Source: Methanobacteriota archaeon
GTDB lineage: Archaea > Halobacteriota > Bog-38 > Methanoflorentales > Methanoflorentaceae
Length of the DNA: 64,000 bases
Reading direction: 5' to 3'
NCBI GenBank assembly: GCA_963720465.1
Contig: OY970393.1
Span: 1,216,001-1,280,000 of the forward strand
Shown here: positions 9,796-19,927 of the stretch, piece after piece
How the letters are laid out: each line of letters opens with the position of its first letter
How positions within the stretch are numbered: position 1 is the first letter of the stretch
Made by a program: the position numbers and the translations under genes
The notes under the pieces: generated by a model
What the model was told of the DNA's origin: nothing
Database searches by the model: none
The model's input: only the letters and a program-made list of their open reading frames with translations

Positions 9796-11055
9796 ATGGC
9801 CGATCCTGATAGATCCCGTGTCGTCCGATACGTCGCGCTCGCTGCCATTGTGCTCGTGGTGGTAGCACTTGTCTTTCCGATAGCGGACGGCCTGAGCGTT
9901 GCGGGCTTCTTCGGTAACAAGACGTACCTGCTCATCTTGCAGGACAACGATGAAATCCGCGGTACGGGCGGGTTAATGTCGGTTATGGGACTGGTTACCA
10001 TGCATGACGGAAATATTGCGAGCCTGCAGTACTATTACGGCGGCTCGCCTGAGCTGCAGGCGGTCGTCCAACTAGACGGACCAGCGAGCTTTACGAACTT
10101 CTTCGGCGTTAACGCCGCTAACCTATCTGATTCAAATGTGCAGTACAATTTCGCTTCATTCGCTCCCAAGCTGGAGTCGGATTTCTACAACGTGACGCAA
10201 CACAAGGTCGACGGCGTTGTAGCCGTTGACTTCACGGCGGTTGAAGCAATCATGAACATAACGGGCCCCGTCACGGTATCCGGCGACGTCATAACGAGCA
10301 GGAACGTGGCTACTCGCCTACAATTCGATGCAGGGCCTTTTTGGAACTCGACGCCCGGATTAATGTCGGCGCTTACGTTCGACCTCGCCGGGCTCATCCG
10401 TGATTCGAGCGTTCCACAGAAACTGGCGCTGTACACCACGTTGCAAACGTTGGAAAACGAAGGACACGTGCTCATCTATCCCAGTCAGGGATTCTGGTTC
10501 CGAAGCACCGGCAGCGAGAGCGCGCCGTCAGGAGCGGACTCCATCTCCGTGGTCGACATGAATTTAGCCGCGGGAAAGGCAGATTTCAGCGTGAACCGGA
10601 CGATCGACTACAACGTGCAACTCTTTTCTGACGGCTCGGCCGTCTCCACGCTGACGCTCACGTACGCAAACGGGTGTTGGTGGGGCTATGGCGTGTTCTC
10701 CACCGCCCTCGTCCCGCCTAACGCTGAGCTCATCTCGGTGCAGAACACCACGTCCGCGTTCAAGGGCCCTGAGGTGACGTACGGGGACGGCTTCACCGCT
10801 CTTTCGTCGAGCCTTAATGTGTCTGCCCACACGACCCAGAGCGTGACATACACGTATACGCAGCCAAACGTGGTCTCCGCAAGCGGGATAGCGCACCACT
10901 ACGACCTGTACATCCAAAAACAAGCGGGTATCACCAGCTACGTCCTGAATGTCAGCGTCCAGCTTCCGGCCGGTGCGACGATGGTCCACGCTGAAAACGT
11001 TGGCTCGAACCAGGTGTTTACAGGCGATGCGCACGTGAGCGTCGTGTACATGTAG
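9796..11055 (+). CDS. DUF4012-domain membrane-anchored extracellular protein
   Basis: N-terminal TM; YLLILQDNDEIRGTGG, VDGVVAVD, KQAG motifs. Confidence 0.8.
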   Translation: MADPDRSRVVRYVALAAIVLVVVALVFPIADGLSVAGFFGNKTYLLILQDNDEIRGTGGLMSVMGLVTMHDGNIASLQYYYGGSPELQAVVQLDGPASFTNFFGVNAANLSDSNVQYNFASFAPKLESDFYNVTQHKVDGVVAVDFTAVEAIMNITGPVTVSGDVITSRNVATRLQFDAGPFWNSTPGLMSALTFDLAGLIRDSSVPQKLALYTTLQTLENEGHVLIYPSQGFWFRSTGSESAPSGADSISVVDMNLAAGKADFSVNRTIDYNVQLFSDGSAVSTLTLTYANGCWWGYGVFSTALVPPNAELISVQNTTSAFKGPEVTYGDGFTALSSSLNVSAHTTQSVTYTYTQPNVVSASGIAHHYDLYIQKQAGITSYVLNVSVQLPAGATMVHAENVGSNQVFTGDAHVSVVYM

Positions 11056-11063
11056 GGGATCTC

Positions 11064-11636
11064 GTGAACGCGAAACAAGGCGCGGCACTGGCACTCATCG
11101 TTCTTCTCGTCGTCGTCGCGCTCGCTGCGAGCGCAGATTTTCTTTTGGCTGCGCCTACCAACGTCACGTATGCCGTGCCGGCTTCGGCGGTGCGCGCATC
11201 GTTGGGCGAGACCGCGAGCGACGGGACGATCGCGCTGCGGTTAAACAGCATCAGCGATGCGTCAAATCCTGCGACTGCGAGCGTGTGGACCGAGTTTAAC
11301 AATGAATCAAACGTAGCCGGCGTGTATTTCTTCTCGTTGACCCCCCCTCCTGCGAGCCGCTATCTCGTCGCCAACGTCACCGTCACGAACGTGCACCACA
11401 CGAAAATTCCCTTTGACTACGGAGAGTTCGTGTTGATCGCACGAGACGGCACAGCCTACTATCCGAACTACGCCGTATGCAACACTGGATGCAGCGTGAA
11501 CGCACTTGGAAACCGTGAACTGGGCAAGGCCTTCACGAGCGATGTATACGTGCTCTTTTCGGTGCCGTCAGCGGCACAGCCAATGCAGATAGCGTACACC
11601 GGAGCTACCCCACCCATTGTGATGTCATCGACCTGA
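11064..11636 (+). CDS. DUF4352-like Ig-fold secreted protein
   Basis: Signal/TM; YLVANVTVTN...F.L...DG..Y...F.VP pattern. Confidence 0.7.
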   Translation: MNAKQGAALALIVLLVVVALAASADFLLAAPTNVTYAVPASAVRASLGETASDGTIALRLNSISDASNPATASVWTEFNNESNVAGVYFFSLTPPPASRYLVANVTVTNVHHTKIPFDYGEFVLIARDGTAYYPNYAVCNTGCSVNALGNRELGKAFTSDVYVLFSVPSAAQPMQIAYTGATPPIVMSST

Positions 11637-12322
11637 ACCGCCACCGAGCCGTTCGCGCGGGTGCAGCTTCACGCCTGACGTGGAGGTCTATCAACGCCTG
11701 CATTAATCCCAAACCGTTGGACGCAATTAATCAATGACGTGCCCCTGCACTAGCAGAAGCTTTTCAGGCCCGACCCTGGAGTGTACCACCACTGGAACCC
11801 TCACGTCGTCGCAGTACTTTTTAACCCGAGGTATACGAAGCAGGCGCAAGCAACACTCTGATGCGGGCCCCCTTCTGCCGCTGCACTTCAGTGCGTTCTC
11901 TCTAGGTGAACAGGGTCCCTAAGAGGTGCTCGGCTGGGTGTCAGCAGAAGCACGCTTCGTCGCCTATGCATGAAGCTAGGAAGATGTGATAAAGGAAATA
12001 GAAAATAAGCGGCAAACACGCAAAAAAGAGGATATTACGACATACCGTTTAGATAATAGCCGTTTCAAGCTCAGGTCGTATTCAAATTATTCCTCAGCTC
12101 TTTATTCTTCACTTGAAACTTTGGACCGAGCATCGACATCACACGTCGCGCGCTGCTTCTGAGCAGCGATGGTGGCTTCAAACGCTTCACCGTGACTGCA
12201 AGCGCTCGGATTGGTCACGCCAATGGGTTATGCGCTCGTCGAACCCCTACAACATGTGGCCAATCGCTCTTCGGAAGCTCGTCTCTCGTTCAACCAGTGC
12301 GTTCAGTTCGTTATTTCTATTC

Positions 12323-12484
12323 TTAAACTTCCTCCAGATACCAGTCTAAGAACGCTCGAAACTCTGCCAAAGATATTTCGCGCCGCATGCTCACGCACGT
12401 CGTTCCCGGTAAGTCGTCTATGAGCCGGGTGAGGACTTCTGCGACCTCATAGTTACAAAAAACATTGTGGTCCATGTCTGGCAT
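12323..12484 (-). CDS. Small hypothetical protein (53 aa; may extend via frameshift)
   Basis: GAGGTGA SD 4 nt before ATG; MPDMDHNVFCNYEVAEVLTRLIDDLPGTTCVSMRREISLAEFRAFLDWYLEEV. Confidence 0.6.
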   Translation of the reverse strand: MPDMDHNVFCNYEVAEVLTRLIDDLPGTTCVSMRREISLAEFRAFLDWYLEEV

Positions 12485-12524
12485 CCAATCACCTCTTTTT
12501 ACTCAGTTTCTGTCCTAGGCGCGC

Positions 12525-12668
12525 TCACGCGCCACCCCAAATCGTTGACAGCGCAGCAGATACCTTGCCACGCGCACGTGCATGCGCCTTTATATTCGCG
12601 TCCAACGCGTCAATGTACGCCAGCGTTTCTCTTAAGAGAGCCTCCGCTCGTTCTTCCTCATCTTCCAT
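12525..12668 (-). CDS. Small helical hypothetical protein (47 aa)
   Basis: GAGGT SD; MEDEEERAEALLRETLAYIDALDANIKAHARARGKVSAALSTIWGGA. Confidence 0.6.
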   Translation of the reverse strand: MEDEEERAEALLRETLAYIDALDANIKAHARARGKVSAALSTIWGGA

Positions 12669-12703
12669 AGAAAAACCTCTTAATTGTCCGTCAATCGTCC
12701 TAG

Positions 12704-12847
12704 CTACCCATTGCTTTCAAACGCCATTGTCGCGCCGCTGCACGTGAGATTTCGCAGTCTTGCAACCTCCCGCTCACCCATCGATGCAGTTGACGGGGAT
12801 ACGGGCTCAAAAAAAGGTTCCTGCGAGGGCTTCACATACAAGACCAT
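12704..12847 (-). CDS. Small hypothetical protein (47 aa)
   Basis: GAGGTG SD; MVLYVKPSQEPFFEPVSPSTASMGEREVARLRNLTCSGATMAFESNG. Confidence 0.45.
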   Translation of the reverse strand: MVLYVKPSQEPFFEPVSPSTASMGEREVARLRNLTCSGATMAFESNG

Positions 12848-12888
12848 TCGGCGCACCTCTTACCATCCTCCCTTGAATTATCGCCTCA

Positions 12889-12970
12889 GCTGCGAAGACG
12901 TTTCTCCGCGCTGGTGCATCGAATCTTAACTATTATCAAAGTATTTAAAAGTTGCTACAATTTATCAATA
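12889..12970 (-). promoter_or_regulatory. Second copy of the GT2-type promoter, placed upstream of the small-ORF cluster
   Basis: Aligns by eye to 7929-8010, including gtatttaaaagttgctac. Confidence 0.7.
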
Positions 12971-13147
12971 GTTTCCTTATATAAGAATGGACCCGAGAGC
13001 CAAGAGTTATCCGGATACCGCCGTATGCTGTTCAGCTGAAACCTTGCGATGTTATTCATCTCCCGTGCGCCAACAGGTCTCCTCAGCCCAACCAAAACCA
13101 CGGCGATGACCACCCCTACAAAAACGTTTCGGTCATAGGCAGCACTG

Positions 13148-13873
13148 CTACCAGGGACCAAGCGCCTGGTTCAAACGTCGCTTGCACAAAAAAAGCCCGA
13201 TTTTGATGCCGTCTCTCAGTGACGACAGCTTCGGTTGATCCACACGGGCGCGGTAGGTGATCGGGATTTCTGCGATGCGCAAGCCTTTCCTCACGCACTC
13301 AGCGAACATATCGGCTTCAATTTCAAAGCCGTTGGCTGCGAGCTCCAAGCGTCGAACCGCGTCGCTTCGGTAGCCCCAGAACCCCGTGCACACGTCGCTG
13401 ATGTGCACGCCAAACAGCGCCCGCGCAAGGAGCGAGAGCAGGGTGTTCCCCACAACGTTGAGTCTGGTCATGGCCCCCGGCTCGATGGTGCCTTTCAGCC
13501 GTGATCCGATGACAACGTCATATGTCTTGAGCAGGCGTGTCATCTCCGTCGCCATTTCGATCGGGTACGTATCGTCCCCGTCAACCATGATGGCGTAGTC
13601 GGCGTTGATGAACTTAAACGCCGTTTGAATGGCCTGACCCTTCCCCGGCCGCCCTTCGAGTATGAGTTGGGCACCCTTGTCGACGACGATCTTCCGTGTG
13701 TTATCAGTGGATTGCCCGTCGATCACGTACACGGAAGTTTTTAACCCGTTCTGCCAGAGGTCGGTAACAGGCACCCCGTCGATGACTTTACCGATCGAGC
13801 GCTCCTCGTTTAACGTTGGAATGATAACTGCTACTGACTCCATCGCCTCGCCGTCTAGCACCCCCGTGGGCAC
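13148..13873 (-). CDS. GT2 glycosyltransferase, DPM-synthase/AglJ-like (copy 2)
   Basis: Same motifs as copy 1; the 5' flank is also homologous (13877-13940 vs 7839-7905). Confidence 0.92.
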   Translation of the reverse strand: MPTGVLDGEAMESVAVIIPTLNEERSIGKVIDGVPVTDLWQNGLKTSVYVIDGQSTDNTRKIVVDKGAQLILEGRPGKGQAIQTAFKFINADYAIMVDGDDTYPIEMATEMTRLLKTYDVVIGSRLKGTIEPGAMTRLNVVGNTLLSLLARALFGVHISDVCTGFWGYRSDAVRRLELAANGFEIEADMFAECVRKGLRIAEIPITYRARVDQPKLSSLRDGIKIGLFLCKRRLNQALGPW

Positions 13874-14136
13874 TAGCGATCCCCCCTTTTATCATGCCTG
13901 ATTTGATTGTCCGTTGCTCAGTTCAGTAGCGTCAAATTGCCCAATTCGTTAGAAAGTACTTAATAGAGACAATTTCAATTACTTAAGCGATGCGGTTCCG
14001 CTGCCGCGAAAGGCGGTGAATATCGCGTTAGAAACACAACATTAGATAGGGCACGACGATCGACTCGCGCTCCGGATCTCCTTTTTTGCGAAGCGCGGAT
14101 GTCCCGACAATAAGCACCAATAATATCTGCCCCTGT

Positions 14137-14625
14137 TTAATCAGCGTGGCGTGATCGTTTTCGCCCGTTGCCGCTTTCTTCGGGCTCAAGCAACAGCTCG
14201 GTATCGCCATCGTGCTGCAGTCCGGGTATGAGGGTCATCCTTCTTGTGGCCTTCGCATCCTTAAGCTCGCTCTCGCTTCGGATGCGGGGCCCGGCAAACT
14301 CTCGGGCAAGCTCAGCGCGTGTCTTCAGCTCCAGCTCCACGAGCTTCGGCGTCGTGACATCGGAAAAATCACGTTTGTCGAGCTCCGCCGTGATGTGCTT
14401 GAGCCTCGCGCTCAGGCGTTCGATACGTGCTTGCGTCGTCGTCCAGTACGCCTCGCGCAAGGCGTCGAGTTCCATCGCCTTGAGGTTTTCGACTTCCTCG
14501 ACATGCTCCTTCAGCCAATTCGCCACCGTCTGTCTCTGCACGCCGACCTTGTCTGCGATCGTCGCAAGTGATTCTCCCTGCGCACGCAGTTTGAAGCTCC
14601 TGAGCTTCGTCTCTGTATCCTTCAT
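14137..14625 (-). CDS. HTH + coiled-coil protein, terminase-small-subunit/mobile-element-like (paralog of 53665..54315)
   Basis: LRAQGESLATIADKVGVQRQTVANW HTH; EL.KRD.SDV.T.KL shared with the paralog. Confidence 0.75.
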   Translation of the reverse strand: MKDTETKLRSFKLRAQGESLATIADKVGVQRQTVANWLKEHVEEVENLKAMELDALREAYWTTTQARIERLSARLKHITAELDKRDFSDVTTPKLVELELKTRAELAREFAGPRIRSESELKDAKATRRMTLIPGLQHDGDTELLLEPEESGNGRKRSRHAD

Positions 14626-14870
14626 GGCACGCTCCGTTCATTGTCTGCACCGGAGTACATCACGTCGTTGCGCCACGGGGGAGAGTCACATCCAACACTG
14701 GGCCTAGTGATGCGGGATGCAGCGTCGCTATCGACGCATGCTTGTCGTCTAATGACGTCCGTTAGAATGGTGTTCATATACATCTTGAGCTCCTCCGAGC
14801 AGTGGGCACTCAGTTCTTCCGTGCGTGTTCGACTCGTTTCGTGATCAGCTTTGTGGTGCTGAGCTGCCAT
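14622..14870 (-). CDS. Hypothetical protein translationally coupled to the HTH gene
   Basis: ATGA stop/start overlap with 14137..14625. Confidence 0.45.
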   Translation of the reverse strand: MAAQHHKADHETSRTRTEELSAHCSEELKMYMNTILTDVIRRQACVDSDAASRITRPSVGCDSPPWRNDVMYSGADNERSVP

Positions 14871-15481
14871 CGAGTCTCAGCGACATCAACACGACAGTTC
14901 TGGACAGTCGATTGAGGTCTCGAGGTCGCGGCCTAGATAGTCCTCTCACACGACGATCGACGTTTTTGCGTCTCTTTCATAACTTGCTCCGGGGAGCGAA
15001 TGGTGCGCCACATGGTCATCACGATGCGGCGTCGAATTTTCGGACCACCGCTCCCTATCGTTCATGTCGTGTATCTGCCACCGCATACGAAGCTTTCGGA
15101 TGCAGCGCAAAAGTATCGCATTATCCGCCGTATTGCGGCGTACACATCCTAAATAGCGTTAACGCTACATCGCAGGAGCGGTTGTGCGCGCCAAGACTGC
15201 GACCCGTGCCGCGTAGTTTAAAGCCCCTCGACGAACGACCAATATTAAAATTTCTATTAATTTATAAAAATATATTAATAATAAAAGATGCTGCGTGGGA
15301 GCGGAGCGCAAAAAGGCGAGAGAGTCGCGTTCGAGACCTCGTGCTGAACCGATTACACATGATTGCGAGCCCTTTTCAAAGCACAAAGTGGTTAACTTTC
15401 GGTGCGCTTTTGGTGCGGTTTTTTGTCATCGCGCATCGCGCCGGTTTACGGATCTCCGGCGACCCGTACAAATGGGCGCTT

Positions 15482-16228
15482 TCAGACTCTTTCCGCTTGG
15501 GGGCCGCTGTTCCCCTGTGCCAATTGCAAACGTCGCTTACACAAAAACAGACCGATTCTGATGCCGTCTCTCAGTGACGACAGCTTCGGTTGATCGACGC
15601 GGGCGCGGTACGTGATCGGGATTTCCGCGATGCGCAAGCCTTTCCTCACGCATTCGGCGAACATGTCAGCTTCAATTTCAAAGCCGATGGCCGAAAGATT
15701 CATGCACCGAATCGCGTCGCTTCGGTAAGCCCATAAGCCCGTGCACACGTCGCTGATGGGCACACCATACATCACCCGCGCGAGGAGCGAGAGAAGGGTG
15801 TTCCCAACGACGTTCAGCCTGGGCATAGCTCCCGGCGCTATGGTACCCTTAAGCCGCGATCCTATGATTACGTCGTGTGTCTTGAGCAGGCGTATCATCT
15901 CTGGTGCCATCTCGATCGGATATGTATTGTCTCCGTCAACCATGATGGCGTAATCAGCATGAATGGACTCAAATGCCGTTTGAATGGCCGAACCCTTTCC
16001 TCTCCCGTCTGCGAGTATGACACGGGCACCCTTTTCGACAGCGATCTCCCTGGTATCATCGGTGGACCGTCCGTCAGCCACGTACACGGTAGTTTCAAAC
16101 CCGTTCTCCAAGAGGCGGGCAACCGGCGCGCCGTCAATTACCTTGCCGATTGAACGTGCCTCGTTTAACGTGGGGATGACGACAGCTACCGTCTGCATAG
16201 GCTCGCCTGATATAACATTACGCGTCAC
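15482..16228 (-). CDS. GT2 glycosyltransferase, DPM-synthase/AglJ-like (copy 3)
   Basis: Same motifs; the C-terminal third is nearly identical to copy 2. Confidence 0.92.
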   Translation of the reverse strand: MTRNVISGEPMQTVAVVIPTLNEARSIGKVIDGAPVARLLENGFETTVYVADGRSTDDTREIAVEKGARVILADGRGKGSAIQTAFESIHADYAIMVDGDNTYPIEMAPEMIRLLKTHDVIIGSRLKGTIAPGAMPRLNVVGNTLLSLLARVMYGVPISDVCTGLWAYRSDAIRCMNLSAIGFEIEADMFAECVRKGLRIAEIPITYRARVDQPKLSSLRDGIRIGLFLCKRRLQLAQGNSGPQAERV

Positions 16229-16616
16229 GGCCTCTACCTCGTTTTGCGCCTTATCACGCGCCGACTACTTAATTCCTTCGCTGCGAACCGCTGACGAGAC
16301 GTCCGCCGCGGTGCCTGACGTCGCACGGAAAAGACGTGGTAAATTGCGCAGCGGAAGGCCCTGCTGTCGGAGCCTAGCCAATGGCAAGAAAAGAGCTATT
16401 AATGGAGAGAATGGTTGCGCCTTCTCTAAACACTTCAAACCTAAGCGACATTAACAAAAAGCCTCATTACAAGGTGGAGCCGGCGCTACTCGAAGCGGAG
16501 CACTGCCGGAGAAAGAAGGTGAAGAGGGCCGTGCCAACCAGCGTTAGGCTGACACAACTTGCGTTTGCAATGTTTGCGCCTTAGGAATTAAAAAATAAAG
16601 AGAAGGGCTATCGCCC

Positions 16617-17353
16617 TTACGACGTGACGAGCACCGAATAAGGAACGGTGTTTACGGTTAGGTCCGCCGGGCTTACGTTGCTCAACACGATGCTACCGGT
16701 TCCCGTCTGAGTTGCTCGGAAGGTGTATCGCTCGGTGCCGCCCGCCCCAACAACTGATGTGTTCGAGGCACCAACGTCGCTCGCAAACGTCTCATTGACC
16801 AACCTAAGGGTAGCGTTGGTGTATTCCAGCTCCCAGTGGTAGCCCGTCGATGGATTCGATAGCTGCTGGATCGTAAAGTTCTGGCCCTTTGAGACGAGCA
16901 CCGCGTTCCCGGTTGAGATCTTGTGCGTTGTACACGTTATCGTGTAGTTGACGCTGTTTGTTGTTTCATTCGCCGGGCTTATGTAGTTGAACGTGACGAC
17001 ACTGGTTCCCGTCTTAGTTCCTTGGAAGGTGAACACGTCTGCCCCGGGCGAGGCACTGGCGTGCTGCCGGTGATGTAGGCGCGATTGACTAACGTAATGG
17101 TTGAGTTGTCATAGGTCGGCTCCCAGTGGTAGCCGGTCGATGGATTCGATTGCAGCTGCATCGTGAAGTTCTGCCCCTGCATGACGTTGATGTCGGTTGC
17201 GTTACCAAGCGCCGTCCCGTTACCCGCGACAGTCGTCGTTGAGCCCGGGCTTGGGCTTGGCGATGTAGACGATGTGCACCCTGCGCAAACGACCGCAAAT
17301 GCGAGTGAGACCACGACAATCAAACTCGCCATTACAGTCTTTTTCATTTTCAT
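16617..17353 (-). pseudogene. Lipoprotein with two chagasin/I42 protease-inhibitor domains, frameshifted near 17057
   Basis: Lipobox AGC; two NPSTGYHW motifs split over ORFs 16979..17353 and 16617..17036. Confidence 0.85.
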
Positions 17354-17799
17354 ACTCCCTGGTTATGTGTTTCAATGTGAGACACACGAAATAACCACAC
17401 TTAATCGTTTCCACTCGTGCGCGCTTTTTAGATATTTGCGGCGGAAAAACCGGGGCTGAACGCTCGTGTGGTGACGTCGACGAATTCCGTCACAAGGCGT
17501 CACTAGAAGACCGCAAGGGCGGAGGGCGCCGTGAGCAAAATGAGAACGACGCTGAGACAATCCATAATATCCAAACTAAAGCCGTCAAAATGCGCTTGTC
17601 CGCGGGCCGCGACTCGACTCGTTCCCTGATCTCGTCTCCCCACTCCTCAGCGAACGTGCTTAGGTGTGAATGGATAAAATGGCACTTCCACCGAGCTAAG
17701 GAAATCTTCTTGTTTCGCGCCCTCAGAGTTTGGAGCAAAATCGGAACCATTAAGTTTGTGGCGCTTAAATGGCTACGCTCTGACGCGCAAGTGAGCACA

Positions 17800-18462
17800 A
17801 TGGCCACCCTACCTCAACTTCTCGCTGTCGTGATTCCGCTTGCCATCGCGGCCATGATAAGCCCTTTGGCGATCATAACCGTCATGACAGTGCTGAGCTC
17901 AGCTGAACACCGGCTCAAAAAAGGCGTGATCTTTGTCGCTACGTACTGTGTCGTATTTTCGCTGATATGCCTTGTTTTTCTTGCCCTCGGAAGCCTGACC
18001 ACGACCGGTGGCAAGCCGTCGTTGACGACGGTGACGATCGACTTCATCCTCGGTCTCCTCCTCCTCTACGCAAGCGCTCGTTCGCTCCTCAAGAAACAGG
18101 AATCAAAAACGTTTGACGCGACGGCAATGGGTTCAGGAGCATTGGTTTCTATGGGCATCGTCTTCGGCTTCGGCAACATCTTCTCATCGCTTCCGGCTCT
18201 CGCCGCAAGCAAGGATATCGGTGTCGTCGTGCTATCCGTTCACGACAAAGCAATCGCCTTTTTCCTGGTAATGGCCATAGCGCTGTGCTGGTGTTGGGGG
18301 CCACTCGCCATTTATGCCGTAACGCCGCGAAATTTTGACCGCATCTTCGATCCCATAATCCGTTTCTTGAAGAAACACGGCAGCCAAGTGATTGCCGTCG
18401 TGTTCTTCCTTGTTGGCATCTTCCTTATCGCGCGTGGCGTGACGTCGGCAATGATGTTGTAG
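17800..18462 (+). CDS. GAP/Sap (DUF2910) family membrane protein
   Basis: PLAIAAMISPLAI start, 6 TM segments, FLKKHG...G.FLI.RG end. Confidence 0.8.
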   Translation: MATLPQLLAVVIPLAIAAMISPLAIITVMTVLSSAEHRLKKGVIFVATYCVVFSLICLVFLALGSLTTTGGKPSLTTVTIDFILGLLLLYASARSLLKKQESKTFDATAMGSGALVSMGIVFGFGNIFSSLPALAASKDIGVVVLSVHDKAIAFFLVMAIALCWCWGPLAIYAVTPRNFDRIFDPIIRFLKKHGSQVIAVVFFLVGIFLIARGVTSAMML

Positions 18463-18507
18463 GCCGATCCGGCACTTCCACGCGAGCGCCGCTCCTACCC
18501 GAATCTC

Positions 18508-19156
18508 TTATTGGTTGCCTCTGTCACCCAACCGTTCCATGACCCACGCTCTGCGGTAGATGAGGTACCCGACAAGCACCACAAGCCCCACGATGACCAC
18601 GATATTGAAGTACCTGAATAATCCCGTGATACTGTGCCAGTGAGGCCCGAGCGCGACACCCGCGTACGCGAAGCCAAAGCAGAACGGAAGCGACCCCAGG
18701 AAGGTATAAATGGAGAATTTCCTCAGGTCCATCCGGACGATGCCGGCAGGAAATGAGATATACGTGCGGACGACGGGAAGCAGCCTGCTGATGAAGACGG
18801 CACTTTCCCCGTGCTTTCCAAACCATTGCTCACCACGGTCAAGCTCACTCTTGCGTATGAGCACGTATTTGCCATAGCGTTCAAGCAACGGCCTGCCGCC
18901 GTACGCCCCGATTCCGTAGGCGATGAGGGAGCCAGTTAGGCAGCCGAGCGTACCGGCAAGGGTGATGCCAAGAAGGGTAAGTTGCCCTTCCCAGACGACG
19001 TACCCGGCGAAGGCCATGATGATCTCGCTCGGAAGCGGCAAGCCGGTATCTCTCAAGCGTCATTCCGACGAAAACACCTCCATAGCCGAGCTGTTCAATG
19101 ACGGCGATGACGAAGTTGCTGAGCGTCTCAAAGATGTTAATGGTGAGGGCGAGCAC
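18508..19156 (-). pseudogene. dedA: DedA family membrane protein, 1-nt frameshift near 19050
   Basis: GYGGVFVGMTLE|..GLPLPSEIIMAFAG, SRLLPVVRTYISFPAG. Confidence 0.88.
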
Positions 19157-19507
19157 GCGTCACCTCCTGTCCAACAGTCAAGCGACGCCTCGCGATCGCC
19201 CAAAAGATCGCTTTTCTGCTCCTACTAACCTCGGTATGCAACGTGCTTCCTCACAAGAACGTCTGCGTCTTAGGATGCCTAACTGCGCCAAAGCGGCAGC
19301 AGAGCGTGACGATGCCTTCTACGTCGTAAACTGAGCCACGCAGGTCTTAATAAGACTTACTACGACGCTGATTAGGATCGTCCCCGGAAAGACGCCCTCG
19401 CTCTGTGTGTCCAAGCCTAACGCTCAAAAGCAGAAAAGATCCGGCAAGCGCGACCAAAAATCCGATGGAAATGAGATAGCGCGGCGGTGTGCGAGCCGAA
19501 ACATTCG

Positions 19508-19873
19508 TCACTCATTTAGGGTTGCCCGCACAACCTTCAAAAGCTCGTCAGGATCGACTGGTTTTAAAATGTAGGCGTTCGCTTGCAAAATCAGAGACCT
19601 CAGGGCGCCGTCCAAACTGGCGTAGCCTGTGACCATGATCGTTCTCATCTTGGGGTCGATTTCCCGCAATTGCTCGAGCAGTTGCGTGCCATCCATATCG
19701 GGGAGCTTGATATCCAAAAGCGCAAGATCGTGCGAGCCACTTGTGCATTTCTCAATCGCCTCGTGACCGGTTTCTGCAGTTTCCACGTCGTACCCGTGCT
19801 CACTTAAGATGTGCATAAAACCGGTCAGTATCTCTCGGTCATCGTCGACTACCAATATGGTCAGTTTTCCCAC
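19508..19873 (-). CDS. Single-domain response regulator (REC)
   Basis: ILVVDDD, LLDIKLPDMDG, MVTG, ILKP. Confidence 0.92.
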   Translation of the reverse strand: MGKLTILVVDDDREILTGFMHILSEHGYDVETAETGHEAIEKCTSGSHDLALLDIKLPDMDGTQLLEQLREIDPKMRTIMVTGYASLDGALRSLILQANAYILKPVDPDELLKVVRATLNE

Positions 19874-19927
19874 GAGTTCGCCTCCTCGTTCTGCCTTGCC
19901 TGGGTACCGTTTCGGGAGTGTCCGCTC

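Noticed and set aside
14825-15577. 250-aa plus-strand ORF
   Set aside because: Crosses an AT-rich promoter-like tract, overlaps GT2 copy 3 antisense, and has non-protein-like composition.
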